Below are positions 21,301-31,953 of a stretch of DNA of 64,000 bases, piece after piece. Both the position numbers and the translations under genes were made by a program. Within the stretch, counting starts at the first letter, position 1; every line of letters begins with the position of its first letter. A model generated the notes under the pieces. The model had not been told where the DNA came from. It saw only the letters and a program-made list of their open reading frames with translations, and ran no database searches. The DNA comes from an uncultured Clostridium sp. (GTDB lineage: Bacteria > Bacillota > Clostridia > TANB77 > CAG-508): positions 11,902 through 75,901 of the forward strand of contig CANOWW010000006.1 of NCBI GenBank assembly GCA_947571115.1, written 5' to 3'.

Positions 21301-21849
21301 ACGGCATACTTTGCACCATTTGATAAACCTGCAAAACCATTGCCTGCACATTTTCGTCTCCTCGATAACCAGAATAACTTTCAATCAATTTGGCAAAATC
21401 CCTATCTTCGCTTTCATACAATTCCTCAAAAACTTCCTCCAATGTCTCCTGCTTCAACAGCTCAATCTCCTCCGTAGACGCAATTCTAAAATTGGCAGAC
21501 AAATCAATCTCAAAAAAATTATTCTTAATCACGTCCAAACAGAACGAATGAATGGTACAAATATTAGACTTTGAAAGTAGCACAATTTGTTTTTGCAAAT
21601 TATCGTCTTCTGGGCTTTCGTCCAATTTTTTATAAATTGCATCCAGAACCCTTTCACGCATTTCCGCCGCCGCCGCATTGGTAAACGTTACCACCAATAA
21701 TTTATCAATATCAATTTTATCTTTCAAAATTTTTTGTATCATTCTTTCCACTAGAACCGCGGTTTTTCCGACTTCCGCGCCGCTGCTGCCACTAAAATAT
21801 CATTTCCTTTTTCATAAATTGCTTTTTCTTGTTCTTTCGTCCACTTCAT
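18308..21849 (-). CDS. addA: ATP-dependent helicase/nuclease subunit A (AddA, RecB-like), N-terminus frameshifted
   Basis: The 1147-aa ORF carries UvrD/AddA helicase motifs and a C-terminal PD-(D/E)XK nuclease. The real start, MKWTKEQEKAIYEKGNDILVAAAA, lies at 21849 but the Walker A region is out of frame. Removing two Gs (plus-strand TTTTCC-G-ACTTCC-G-CGCC) restores AAAAGSGKTAVLVERMIQKIL. Confidence 0.8.
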
Positions 21850-21966
21850 TTTTCTACCTCAATTTTTTCTTCTATTATATCGCATTCTTTTCACATATTC
21901 AATCATTTTTTCAATCAATAAATTAAAGAGCAACTTAAAATTCACACAATTTTCACAATTCTACCA

Positions 21967-21996
21967 CAAAAGAGACACAAACTTGTGTCTCTTTTA
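21967..21996. terminator. Bidirectional hairpin terminator between addA and the upstream GC-rich segment
   Basis: A perfect 8-bp stem AGAGACAC / GTGTCTCT with an AAACTT loop. It is flanked by AAAA on one side and TTTT on the other. Confidence 0.6.
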
Positions 21997-21997
21997 T

Positions 21998-22200
21998 CCC
22001 CCACCAGCGAGGCTCTGTGGGGAGCCACTTATCCCCTGAAGCAGAGATAGCTGGAAAGTCACGAAAACCGGCTGATGGTTTTCGTGCGAGGAAGGGTTTT
22101 TAAGGGAAGGACACGCAGTCCTTCCCTTAGCTCTTCATAAATCTAATTTAATAAATCATTTGCCTTCTCTCAAGCGGGTCAGTCAAAACCGCCCCCTAAA
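21998..22200 (-). other. GC-rich, hairpin-dense non-coding segment (candidate structured RNA / 3' UTR element)
   Basis: It is locally GC-rich against an AT-rich background. There are two 10-bp hairpins (AAGGGAAGGA / TCCTTCCCTT and CACGAAAACC / GGTTTTCGTG). A further paired region CCAGC..CTCTG..GGGG / CCCC..CAGAG..GCTGG is present. It contains no ORF. Confidence 0.35.
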
Positions 22201-22202
22201 TC

Positions 22203-23456
22203 TTAATTACTCAACTCCCAAGCCGTTCCATTCCAGTTCATTTTCGCATTGGCAGGCAGACAAACAAGAGGACGGATACCGTTAAACACTTGATTAGCCC
22301 CAGCATAACCCACACATCCAGCAAAATTTATTGCCCTCACTGCATTAGAATTAACTGTATACTCAGATGATAACCAATATGCTCCTGCATTAGTTGTATT
22401 TGTTATAATATAAGGCATTTCTGTATTGTTAACAAAATAGCTTTCTGAACTTAAATCAGCCGAATGTAACGTTCCATATTTTGAATTATAACTTTCTACA
22501 AACTGTTGAAGAGTGGGCCCTCCTATAGCTGTTGCTTCACTAAATCCTTCTGCATATTTACTCCAATTCGATGTATTTCTCAACCAATTTACTAATGTAT
22601 TTTGACTATCTCCCTGTACTTTATATATTTCATTTGTACTAATTCCACTTATCGTTGTCATTCCACTAATTGGTACATAATCACTTGAAATAATATATAC
22701 GTTCTCTCCGTCATTCAGAAATATTTGCCAATCATTTACTCCATTTGCAGAATAATTTACTACATCTCCATAATTAGTTACTGAAATTGTTGCTACTGCC
22801 AAGTTTTCCCAAACAGCATACAATGTCACACTTTGGCTCCCCATTGTAAAACTTCCTGAACTTGTATATTCTGGCGTTGTTGCAGTGCTACTTGTTGCCC
22901 AGCCTAAGAAATTTGCTCCTTTTTTCGTTGGTTTTGTCGTAAAATCAATGCTCACGCTTTCTCCTGCTGCATATTTTTTCGTAGCTGGCACGCCTGTTCC
23001 GCCGTTTGCATCATACGAAACTGTGTATTTTGTCACAATTTGACTGCCACTTAACTCGCCATCAATTGTCACACTTCCGTCTGGATTTAAAGTTCCAATC
23101 TCTAAGCCTTCATAATTTAATTTTCCACTGCTGTCACATGAAACTTCTGCCCCGTTTGAAAGTTCTACACCTTTTTCCAATTCTGCTTTGACGTACTCAT
23201 TCGCACTTGCAAAATTGTTGTCTTTCATGTAGTAATCCATTTGCAATTCTGCAATTTTTAATTCAATTTCTTCTTTGATTTTCGCCATATTGTTCACATC
23301 CACTGCCTTTTGGGCTCGTCCTAAAATCCCGTTACTGCCTGCTGCTAGACTAAGGCTCACACCTGCTAAAATTAATAGTACGATAATTGTAATAACTAAC
23401 GCAATTAATGTAATACCTTTGTTGCTTTTTTTGTAAATAACATTTTCTTTCAACAT
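22203..23456 (-). CDS. Prepilin-like N-terminus (KGITL + hydrophobic) surface protein with a Flg_new (Listeria-Bacteroides) repeat
   Basis: N-terminus MLKENVIYKKSNKGITLIALVITIIVLLILAGVSLSLAAGSNGILGRAQKAVD. The region KKGANFLGWATSS...SVTLYAVWE fits the GW...LYA.W pattern of the Flg_new repeat. Confidence 0.6.
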   Translation of the reverse strand: MLKENVIYKKSNKGITLIALVITIIVLLILAGVSLSLAAGSNGILGRAQKAVDVNNMAKIKEEIELKIAELQMDYYMKDNNFASANEYVKAELEKGVELSNGAEVSCDSSGKLNYEGLEIGTLNPDGSVTIDGELSGSQIVTKYTVSYDANGGTGVPATKKYAAGESVSIDFTTKPTKKGANFLGWATSSTATTPEYTSSGSFTMGSQSVTLYAVWENLAVATISVTNYGDVVNYSANGVNDWQIFLNDGENVYIISSDYVPISGMTTISGISTNEIYKVQGDSQNTLVNWLRNTSNWSKYAEGFSEATAIGGPTLQQFVESYNSKYGTLHSADLSSESYFVNNTEMPYIITNTTNAGAYWLSSEYTVNSNAVRAINFAGCVGYAGANQVFNGIRPLVCLPANAKMNWNGTAWELSN

Positions 23457-23544
23457 CTTTTGTTTCCCCTCTTTCTTTTTTTATATAAGCTTAGTTTACA
23501 TCAAAAAAGAAAAAAATATAAGGTGTCAAATAAAATGATGTCAT

Positions 23545-23580
23545 AATAAAATTTAGGAAGGATAAAATGTCCTTCCTTAT
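23545..23580 (-). terminator. Terminator downstream of spoIVA
   Basis: An 8-bp stem AGGAAGGA / TCCTTCCT. The minus-strand RNA follows with a U-rich AAAUUUUAUU tract. Confidence 0.5.
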
Positions 23581-23587
23581 CTCGTTT

Positions 23588-25066
23588 TTACAATATAATG
23601 CAAATCAATCCACCACTGCCTTCATTGACAATTCTTTGTAGCGTTTCTTGCAATTTTCCCTGCGCATCTTCTGGCATTTTGTTTAGCTTGTTTTGCAAAC
23701 CTTCATTGACTAATTCATGCAAGCTTTTGCCAAAAATGTTAGATTCCCAAATTTTCTTTGGGTCATTTTCAAACTCTGAAAGCAAATATTTGACCAAATC
23801 TTCGGACTGTTTCTCACTTCCGACAATCGGCGAAACTTCCGTTTCTGTATCGATTTTTATCATGTGAATCGATGGTGCTTTCGCTTTCAATTTCACTCCA
23901 TATTTTTGCCCCTGTTTTACAATTTCAGGCTCCTCCAAAATCAAATCATCAATTCCCGGAGTTACAATTCCGTAGCCTTTTTCATTAACTTCATGCAAAG
24001 CATACGCCAATTTGTTGTATTCCCTCTGAGCACTTGCCAGTTCTGTCATACATGAAAATAGCTCGCCTTCGTTTTTGATTTCAACCCCTGTAATTTCAGT
24101 CAGCGTATTGTAGAATAAACTATCCTGCAACTCCACGCCAATGGTTACAACACCATTTCCAAGATTGATTTCGTCCACATTGACCTTTTTAATTTCTTCG
24201 CATTCCTCCAATTTGGCATAACGGTCATTGACATCTTTTAGACGTTTCGTGTTTTCAAAGGTTTCTTGCACTTTTTCAAACAAGTTCGCTTTTAGCGTGT
24301 TTCCAGCGCCTAGACCGTTAATCCATCTTGGAAAACGAATATTGATTTTGTCAATCATGAATTCATATAACAATTTTGAAAAAATCTCGTTGATATCTTC
24401 TAAACTAAGATTTTCGCAATTGATTGGCATGACTGGAGTTTGATATTTTTCTGCCATACGATTTGCCATTTCCAAACTATAATTATCCATTGGATTTTGG
24501 CAATTCATCAAAATAATAAAAGGCTTATTCAATTCCTTCAATTCATTAATAACCCTGCTTTCAGGTTCTTCGTAATCTTCACGAGGAATATCTGTGATAC
24601 TTCCATCAGTCGTAATCACAATCCCAACTGTGGAATGCTCCACAATTACTTTTCTTGTGCCAAGTTCAGCTGCTGTTTCAAAGGGCATCTCTTGCTCTGC
24701 CCAAGGCGTTTTTACCATACGAGGCGTGTCATCTTCCAAATAACCAAGTGCATTATTAACCAAGTACCCCACACAATCCACTAATCTGGTTCTCATTTTC
24801 ATGTTGTCAGCTAAACTAATTTCAATTGCTTCATTTGGAATGAATTTGGGCTCGGTTGTCATAATCGTTCTGCCGCCAGCGCTTTGTGGAAGCTCGTCGA
24901 TGGCGCGCTCTCTTTTGTAGTCATTGTCAATATTGGGCAAAACCAATAGTTCCATAAATCGTTTGATAAAAGTCGATTTTCCAGTTCTTACTGGACCCAC
25001 CACACCAATATAAATATCCCCATCAGTTCTGTTTTTGATGTCCTCGTATATTTCAAAATTTTCCAT
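23588..25066 (-). CDS. spoIVA: Stage IV sporulation protein A (spore coat morphogenetic ATPase)
   Basis: MENFEIYEDIKNRTDGDIYIGVVGPVRTGKSTFIKRFME is the diagnostic SpoIVA N-terminus and Walker A. Length 492 aa. Confidence 0.9.
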   Translation of the reverse strand: MENFEIYEDIKNRTDGDIYIGVVGPVRTGKSTFIKRFMELLVLPNIDNDYKRERAIDELPQSAGGRTIMTTEPKFIPNEAIEISLADNMKMRTRLVDCVGYLVNNALGYLEDDTPRMVKTPWAEQEMPFETAAELGTRKVIVEHSTVGIVITTDGSITDIPREDYEEPESRVINELKELNKPFIILMNCQNPMDNYSLEMANRMAEKYQTPVMPINCENLSLEDINEIFSKLLYEFMIDKINIRFPRWINGLGAGNTLKANLFEKVQETFENTKRLKDVNDRYAKLEECEEIKKVNVDEINLGNGVVTIGVELQDSLFYNTLTEITGVEIKNEGELFSCMTELASAQREYNKLAYALHEVNEKGYGIVTPGIDDLILEEPEIVKQGQKYGVKLKAKAPSIHMIKIDTETEVSPIVGSEKQSEDLVKYLLSEFENDPKKIWESNIFGKSLHELVNEGLQNKLNKMPEDAQGKLQETLQRIVNEGSGGLICIIL

Positions 25067-25259
25067 AAAAATACCTCCGCTATCGATTTGTACATCTTTA
25101 TATTTACAATACTATTCGGACGATACCGTTTTATGACAAAATCTTTTTAAACGTTCTAACTTTCTTATCTTGACATTTTATGTAAAATATGATAAAAGTT
25201 TGGGGTGGGTATTTTTGTTACTCTACTCATAGCTATAAAATTCCTGGACTTTGGGTTAC

Positions 25260-25298
25260 TAAAAAAAACAACAGCACCTTATATGATGCTGTTGTTTA
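25260..25298 (-). terminator. Terminator downstream of the HD-domain gene
   Basis: Stem CAACAGCA / GCTGTTG. On the plus strand an A8 run precedes it and a T-rich tract follows. Confidence 0.5.
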
Positions 25299-25301
25299 TC
25301 G

Positions 25302-26990
25302 TTATATAACATTTTCTAATTCCTGCGTGGCCAAACTCTGTTCCACTGAAATTTTGTCCCATTGACCATGCGTCATATATTCCCTTGGCAAATCAATTTC
25401 TTTATATTTTCGTGTCAAACTCTTAAACTGTTTCTGGTTTACTTTTCCTGTCGCTTTTAATAAATCCATAAACTCCGTATCACTCAAACTCGCCAAATAT
25501 TTTGCCCCAAATTCCAAACTCATACTTTCTTCCTTATTTTGATATAGTTTTGGTACAGAATGAACTTTCTGAAATTCTTTCATTTTACCAAAATCTTCTT
25601 CGTCACATACATAATTTTTTTCTTTCAAAGGTTTCATTTGCTCTTCATAAATTTTAGCATAAGAACGAATTCTACGAGCCCTTTTTTCTTGCCCTTTCAC
25701 AAAACTAACGGTTTGATTGCCCTTTGCGACCTCTAAACCTTCTGCCAACTCGTCTTCTACCGCTTGTTTTTGTGCCTGCTCAATCATATTTTTCGTCCAT
25801 TCAAAATCCTCATGATTGGTCCTAGCAATATATTTCACAAAATTCAAATACGGCGTATCTTTATATTTTTCCACCAATTCTTCACTTAATCTCATATCCT
25901 TATTGGCACCATTCAATCGTTCTAATATTTTCTCTTTTAAAATAATCTGGCTACACTCTTCCATAAGTTCTTCTAACGCCTTTGGATATACCTCATGGTC
26001 CTCCTGCATTAAAACATAATTTACAATTTTTTTATTATTAATATCTCTTAATTTGTGCATTCTTTCTGACATCTTCTCAGACATCGCAATTTTTTCTTGA
26101 CTACTGTTACGAGCTACATCTTTCATAAAAATGACTTGTAACTTATGGGCCAATTCATGATATTTTTGCTTTGTCACACAAGAATTAATATACAAAATCG
26201 CTTCATCTGGCGTCATTTTTCCATCACTCATGAAAATAGGAACTAACACATCCATATATTCCTCATCTAAACGGTCAATCATACCTTCACGCAGACCATC
26301 TACCATATCATAAGGGATATACGATATTTTATCACAAATTCTCATCAGGCAACCTTCTGTCGTACCCGGAATCAACTTTCTGTCATACCCTTCTTTCACA
26401 TGGCACATCATTAACTCTTGTTTAAAATCTGATTTTGTTTTCCCTTTATCCGGCACATACATTGACTCTGAAAGCTCACCATTATGCGAATTAATCCCAT
26501 CAAAAATAATCCATAAATCTTCACAAACTCTCTCAATATCGTCTTCCGTTTTTTCCGTATTATCTGCATACACATCATAAAGTGCTTTCTTGATTGCGTC
26601 TGCGACTTGATTTGTATAAAGCAAATCCCTAACCCCTAAACTATTATGTACATAATAACCTAACCCTAAATTTTTCTTGATTTCAGACAGCCACCATTCG
26701 CCACTATGTCCCAAAAAAGTATGGCCAATGTCATGGTGCTTTGCCATTAATTTTACAACTGGAACATTCAAACCAATCTGCTCTGCCAAAAATCCAGCAA
26801 TTGCTTCCAAATTTTCGCTATGTGTTTTACGATTTGTTGACTCAATATCAGACTTTCTAAAACTTTTTATCATCATGGTTTCGTCTGTACTTTTTCGATT
26901 ATAGTCTGTTAGCACAAAATTAATAACACTTGCATATTTATTCAATCGTTTCATTGAATTTTGCTTTTGTTCTTGTATTTCTTGCTCCAT
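25302..26990 (-). CDS. HD-domain (metal-dependent phosphohydrolase) protein, 562 aa
   Basis: HD motif ...KHHDIGHTFLGHSGEW... and later ...ICDKISYIPYD. A large alpha-helical C-terminal extension follows. Confidence 0.6.
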   Translation of the reverse strand: MEQEIQEQKQNSMKRLNKYASVINFVLTDYNRKSTDETMMIKSFRKSDIESTNRKTHSENLEAIAGFLAEQIGLNVPVVKLMAKHHDIGHTFLGHSGEWWLSEIKKNLGLGYYVHNSLGVRDLLYTNQVADAIKKALYDVYADNTEKTEDDIERVCEDLWIIFDGINSHNGELSESMYVPDKGKTKSDFKQELMMCHVKEGYDRKLIPGTTEGCLMRICDKISYIPYDMVDGLREGMIDRLDEEYMDVLVPIFMSDGKMTPDEAILYINSCVTKQKYHELAHKLQVIFMKDVARNSSQEKIAMSEKMSERMHKLRDINNKKIVNYVLMQEDHEVYPKALEELMEECSQIILKEKILERLNGANKDMRLSEELVEKYKDTPYLNFVKYIARTNHEDFEWTKNMIEQAQKQAVEDELAEGLEVAKGNQTVSFVKGQEKRARRIRSYAKIYEEQMKPLKEKNYVCDEEDFGKMKEFQKVHSVPKLYQNKEESMSLEFGAKYLASLSDTEFMDLLKATGKVNQKQFKSLTRKYKEIDLPREYMTHGQWDKISVEQSLATQELENVI

Positions 26991-27138
26991 TTTTTCATTT
27001 TCCTTTCCAAAATTATCAAATCACTTATATTATACCATAATTTCCCATAAAAGTAAAGTTTTAGTTTTATGTTGATTTAAAAGCTTGCAAAAAATGATAA
27101 AATGCGCTATAATTTTACTATAAAAGGAGGATTTTGAC

Positions 27139-28047
27139 ATGGCAACAGAAAAAATATTTATTTCTCACGGAGACCTTATTTTGGATAATATTTATAATGA
27201 TAACCTAGAACTAATCAAACAAGATGGTGGTGGCTGTAATTGGAACGACCTTTACAACCTTTCACTAATGGGCGAAAAATGCTATGCTATTGGTTCCTGT
27301 GGTAACGATGCAGAAGGTAAAATTGCTATCCAATCTTTAGATAATGCTGGTATCAACACAGAGCATATTATAATTGAAGAAAAATCTACGAATATTATGA
27401 ATATCATCATTCCAAATTCCAAACTAAATGACAACTCTGTTTTACACGTTTGGTATAATCCTATCACACTAAAATACACAATGAATTTTTCGGAACATTT
27501 ACCTGTAACTTTACCCTCAGCGCTAAACGACAAAATGTTATATGTCATTTTAGATAAATTTTTACCAGTTAACTTAGCATTTATTCGCAATATCACAACT
27601 CCAAAAAAAATATGTCTTGACTTTGGGCACATTCGATTTTTTGAGCATTTTACGAAACAATACTTAACCCAATTTTTAGACTTAGCTAATTTTGTTCAGA
27701 TGAATGACTCTGTTATAGAACTTCTTTTTGAAAGATTACAAATCAAAAACGAAACCGAACTTCTAGAAAAATTTAATCTAGACTTACTTATTTTGACAAA
27801 AGGAAAAAAAGGTGCTAATTTTACTTTTAAAGAAAACAATCTTATCCAAACAATAAATTTAACGCCTTCCAAAATGATACAAGCTACTGACACTTCAGGA
27901 GCTGGCGATGCTTTCTTTTCTACTGTTTTAAGAGAGTATGCTTATACAGAAAAAATTACCTCTGCTTGGGTAAAATCCACTTTTGATTTAGCCAATCAAG
28001 CATCTCGCAAAGTGATTTCCCAACTTGGTAGTCGAATTGAAAATTAA
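27139..28047 (+). CDS. PfkB-family carbohydrate kinase (ribokinase-like)
   Basis: C-terminal DTSGAGDAFFSTVL is the PfkB anion-hole motif. Ribosome-binding site AAGGAGG 7 nt upstream of the ATG. Length 302 aa. Confidence 0.7.
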   Translation: MATEKIFISHGDLILDNIYNDNLELIKQDGGGCNWNDLYNLSLMGEKCYAIGSCGNDAEGKIAIQSLDNAGINTEHIIIEEKSTNIMNIIIPNSKLNDNSVLHVWYNPITLKYTMNFSEHLPVTLPSALNDKMLYVILDKFLPVNLAFIRNITTPKKICLDFGHIRFFEHFTKQYLTQFLDLANFVQMNDSVIELLFERLQIKNETELLEKFNLDLLILTKGKKGANFTFKENNLIQTINLTPSKMIQATDTSGAGDAFFSTVLREYAYTEKITSAWVKSTFDLANQASRKVISQLGSRIEN

Positions 28048-28107
28048 AAGAGGGGCTGTTAAAAACAATACCTTGTTAACAGCCCCCTTGTCTATCCTCT
28101 TGTATCT

Positions 28108-29960
28108 TTAATTTATTTGTTCTACTAATACTCGATAAATATCAAGATTACCTGTAGAACTAGAATTACTCACCTTAAATTCTATTGCCCCCATAAATTG
28201 CGTTAATGTCATATTAATATAGTATGAGTAATTTCCTTTATAAAAGTAAGTCGTTCCAGCATTATTATACACTTCATAGTTGCCGTAAATCTAGCCCATT
28301 GCCAAACCATCTTACTCTGTATTCTCCTGCAGGCAATCCACAATACGGACCCCAAACATTTTGTCCCGGTATTAACCTAACAAACCCTTCAGAGAAATAT
28401 TCAGAATTTGCTCCATACATCATACCGCCTTTTTGGCATAAAGCTTACTTGCACTAATAAATTAGTGATTGAAATATTATTCTTTGTTTCAATACCAGCT
28501 CCGTTTTTACAATAAACTGTATAAATGATATTACTAAAATCAGTTCCTATTCCTGCCCCTCCATCTATCACTCCAGTATACCAATCTTCTGTATTTGCAT
28601 TAAAACTCGTATCCATACTCGTCCCATTGTTTCGCATCCAATTGATATCTCGATTTCCTGGTGCATATTTTTTCACACTAATTCCAGACACATCATCTGA
28701 AATCGTAGCATTTACCGTTTTTTGATATTCTTTCGTCATTGTATTCGTTTGTGCCAAATTTATCGTTGGCGCACTTGCATCCTTTTTCACTGTCAGTACT
28801 TTATTATCAGAGCGATTGCCCACATTATCTAAACTATATACCGTTATCGTCGTTTGTCCTTGATTAGAGACCATCAGAGTTTCACCATTTGCAATCTCTG
28901 TTTCCGATTTCGTTGTTGCTCCTGTCAACGCATACATTGTTTTTTGTACACCACTTTCACTATCCACACCTTCCGTAACTTTTATCGTAATATCACTCGT
29001 GTACCACGAATTTTCTCCTACTGTTCCCGCCGTAATTGCCAGCTCTGGACTACTTGGTTTCGTCTTATCAATATTACTAACTGTCGCGCTAGCTGCTGAA
29101 CCTCCCTGTTGTCCTGTACTGTCTCGCAAACAAACAAATAACGTTCCATTATTTTCAAATGTATACGAATTTCCATCTTCCCAATTCATCTTATCTGTAC
29201 TAATTTGCATTGTGTAGCCTGACATATTAATTTTTGGTTTTGCTGTCACTGTTACGTTTTGACTTGTCCAATCTTTAGTTGAATATTCAAATTCAATATT
29301 GGTCTCTGTCAGTTCTTGTACGAGTGTTGTTTTCACTTCTTTCGCGCTGCTTACATTACCATTCGCATCTTTCACCCAAATGTAATACATCGTATCATTC
29401 GTCAAATTTTCAATTGTGTATGTAAAATTTTTCTGTGCTGGACTAACTGAATTCCATGTCGTTGGCTCCACATTTGTCGCAGAATAATTCCAACCTGCCA
29501 CTCCTGCTAAAATATCTTTTGCCACAAACGTGATTGAATTTGTAGTCGAAGTTGCAGAAATACTTGGCGCCTTGTTGTCTTTTATGGTTCCGTCTGCTAA
29601 AACACCGCCTTCAATCGTCACTTCGCCATTGTCTGCAATGGCAATCACAGATGTATTTCCTTGTGAGTCAGTAAAATACAGCGTTCTGTCGTCGTCGCAC
29701 GCAAACATAACATTGCCAATTCGCCAAATTCCGTCTTCATTTTCTCCGCACTTTTTCTTAACATACTCTGATAAGGTTAGCCCGTTTTCCTTCCACATAA
29801 TAATCCATCATAATTTCTACTAATTTCAATTGCAATTCTTCCTCTGTTTGCGCCTGTTTAACGATGTCAACCGCTTTTGTCGCCTTCCCTAAAATCCCAT
29901 TGCTGCCGTGCAACCAGATTTAGGCTCACACCTGCAAAAATTAATAATACAATAATGGTC
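28108..29960 (-). pseudogene. Prepilin-like surface protein gene (third paralogue), 3' portion. Its 5' end is separated by a 14-kb element and it carries four single-G frameshifts.
   Basis: Residues FEYSTKDWTSQNVTVTAK...NWEDGNSYTFENNGTLFVCLRDSTGQQGGSAASATVSNIDKTKP parallel those of 5586..7853. Upstream remnants are TTRTIIVLLIFAGVSLNLVA, then GSNGILGKATKAVD..., then MDYYVEGK, then GLTLSEYVKKK. Frame changes occur at about 29907, 29783, 28423 and 28283, each at CC-G on the plus strand. The coding frames continue without a break down to ...VLVEQIN-stop at 28108. Confidence 0.7.
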
Positions 29961-30115
29961 CTAGTTGTCTATTAATTACAATTTTTAAACAACTTTTTTA
30001 TTTTCCAAATTATCCACACTTTTTATATTTAATTCTCTAAATTTATAATAAATCGTTATTTCTTTATCTTGAGAAATCTCAATTCGGTCAACTAATTGAA
30101 CTAATGCTGTTCTAT

Positions 30116-31641
30116 CTATATTTTCATCTTTACAAATTCTTTAACTATTTTTTTTAAGTCAACTTGTTTTTCTTCTGTATTACTATTTTTCAACTGTTCA
30201 ATCTGTTTTTCCATATTTTCTCTCATCTCAAGATTTTTCTTATAAATTCTTTCAAAATCAATTTCTGTTATTTTTCCTGAAATTTTGTCTTCATAAATTC
30301 TGTCTATTTTTTCATTTAAGCCCTTGACCTTTCTTTCCAATATTTTAATCTCATTTTGAATTGAATTTCTTCTTTTTTCAAATTGATTTTTTGTTTTTTT
30401 TGCTAAACTTTCAAACTTTTCTTCTTTTAAATATTCTCTGCATCTTGCTTTCACAGTTTCAAGTACAATTTCTGTTACTTTTTCCAAATTGTTCGAATGT
30501 GGCGTACACAATTTCAAACTTGGTACAGAAGCATAAGTGTTGCAACGCAAATAAGCAATTTCTTTGTTTTCTTTCTTATGAACTGCAATGCTCATTTGTT
30601 TCCCACATTCTTGGCAATAAATCAAGCCATGCAACAACCACTCATACTTTCTGCGTCTTGTTCTAGTCCTACTTTTAATTAATTGTTGCACAATTTCAAA
30701 TGTTCTTCGTCAATGATTGGCTCATGCATTCCTTTTCTAACAATCCAATCGTCTACTGGTATCATCAGAATCTTTTTACTTTTATAGCTTACTTTCTTGA
30801 GAGTTCCATTTTTTACCGAACCTAAATATGTAACATTTTGCAAAATTCTTTTGACTGTGTTTCTATTCCAACCTCGCTTAATTTCTGACTTATTCCTTGT
30901 ATGTGTATTTCCCACTACATCACTTGGCAACCTTGCTTTGTCTTCAGTCATAATTTTTGCAATTTCTGTTGGTGTTTTTCCTGATTTTGCTAGGTTAAAA
31001 ATCTTTTTTACGACTGGTGCAATTTCTTCATCAATTACATAATGATTTTTGTCGAGTGGGTCTTTTTTGTAGCCATAAGTCGCATAAGTTACCATTACTT
31101 TCCCCTCATTTGCCCTAGTTTTCTTACCATTTTTGATTTTTTTCGAACAATCTCTTAAATACCATTCATTAAAGAATGCCTTAAACTGCAACATATCTTC
31201 TGATGTCTCAATTTCGCCTGTGTCGATGTCGTCTGCAATTGCTATAAATCTCACACCTTTTTCAACAAAATATTCCTCCAGATAATACTCAACTTTTGAT
31301 GAATTCCTGCCAAATCTCGACAAATCTTTGACAATTACCATATTGATTTTGCCTGCTTCGATGTCTTTTATCATTCGCTTAAAACCTGGCCTATCGAAAT
31401 TTGCTCCTGAATAGCCATCATCTGTGTATGTATCGTAAATTTTGATTTTGTTGTCCTTGCAAAATTTCTTTAAGTAACTTTTTTGTGTACTAATGCTTCC
31501 ACTTTCTCGCTCTTGTTCGCTTTCTTCGCTTACATCTGCAAAATTATGATTTTTATATTCTATTTTTTCGTTTGAAAGTCTTGGATAAATTCCTGCTATA
31601 TATTTTTCAGGATTACTTATTGTTATCATCTTACCTCCCAT
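30116..31641 (-). CDS. Large serine recombinase (resolvase/invertase catalytic domain, recombinase domain and zinc-ribbon/coiled-coil), frameshifted near 30690
   Basis: ORF 30679..31641 carries the catalytic domain (YPRLSNE..., DGYSGANFDRPGFKRMIKDIEAGKINMVIVKDLSRFGRN). ORF 30116..30691 carries the zinc ribbon (WLLHGLIYCQECGKQ...LRCNTY) and a coiled-coil. The join reads ...IIDEE(H/T)FEIVQQLIKSR and needs a 1-nt indel in a short homopolymer. Confidence 0.8.
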
Positions 31642-31953
31642 CCTAACAATAAGTTTCCTCCTATCAATAATTAAGGCTATTATATTTCATTTTTTCTTAA
31701 AAGTCTAGTAAATCTCATCAAATTTTTTCATGCAATATTGAACAAATATTTTCTCCAATATTTGCTCCAAATTTTCCGCATTTTTACTACTCTTAAAAAC
31801 TTCTTTTACTATATATTCTTTTTTCATAGGCGTTCCTTTCTTATCTATTAATAGAAAACTTATTATTAGCTTTTTTCCTTGTTGCTATTTTAAGTCTCTA
31901 TTTTAAATAAGAAAAGAAAGCAAAATGAAAGGCAAAATTTTTAAAGTTATTTT

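Noticed and set aside
21998-22200. Assignment of the GC-rich block to a specific RNA family (c-di-GMP riboswitch, T-box, SRP RNA, group II intron domain V)
   Set aside because: None of the conserved core sequences of those families could be found by eye. It is kept only as an unclassified structured-RNA candidate.
25067-25300. Sigma-E-type promoter upstream of spoIVA
   Set aside because: Expected biologically, but I could not find a convincing match to the -35 ATATT / -10 CATACA-T consensus at proper spacing, so no promoter feature was called.
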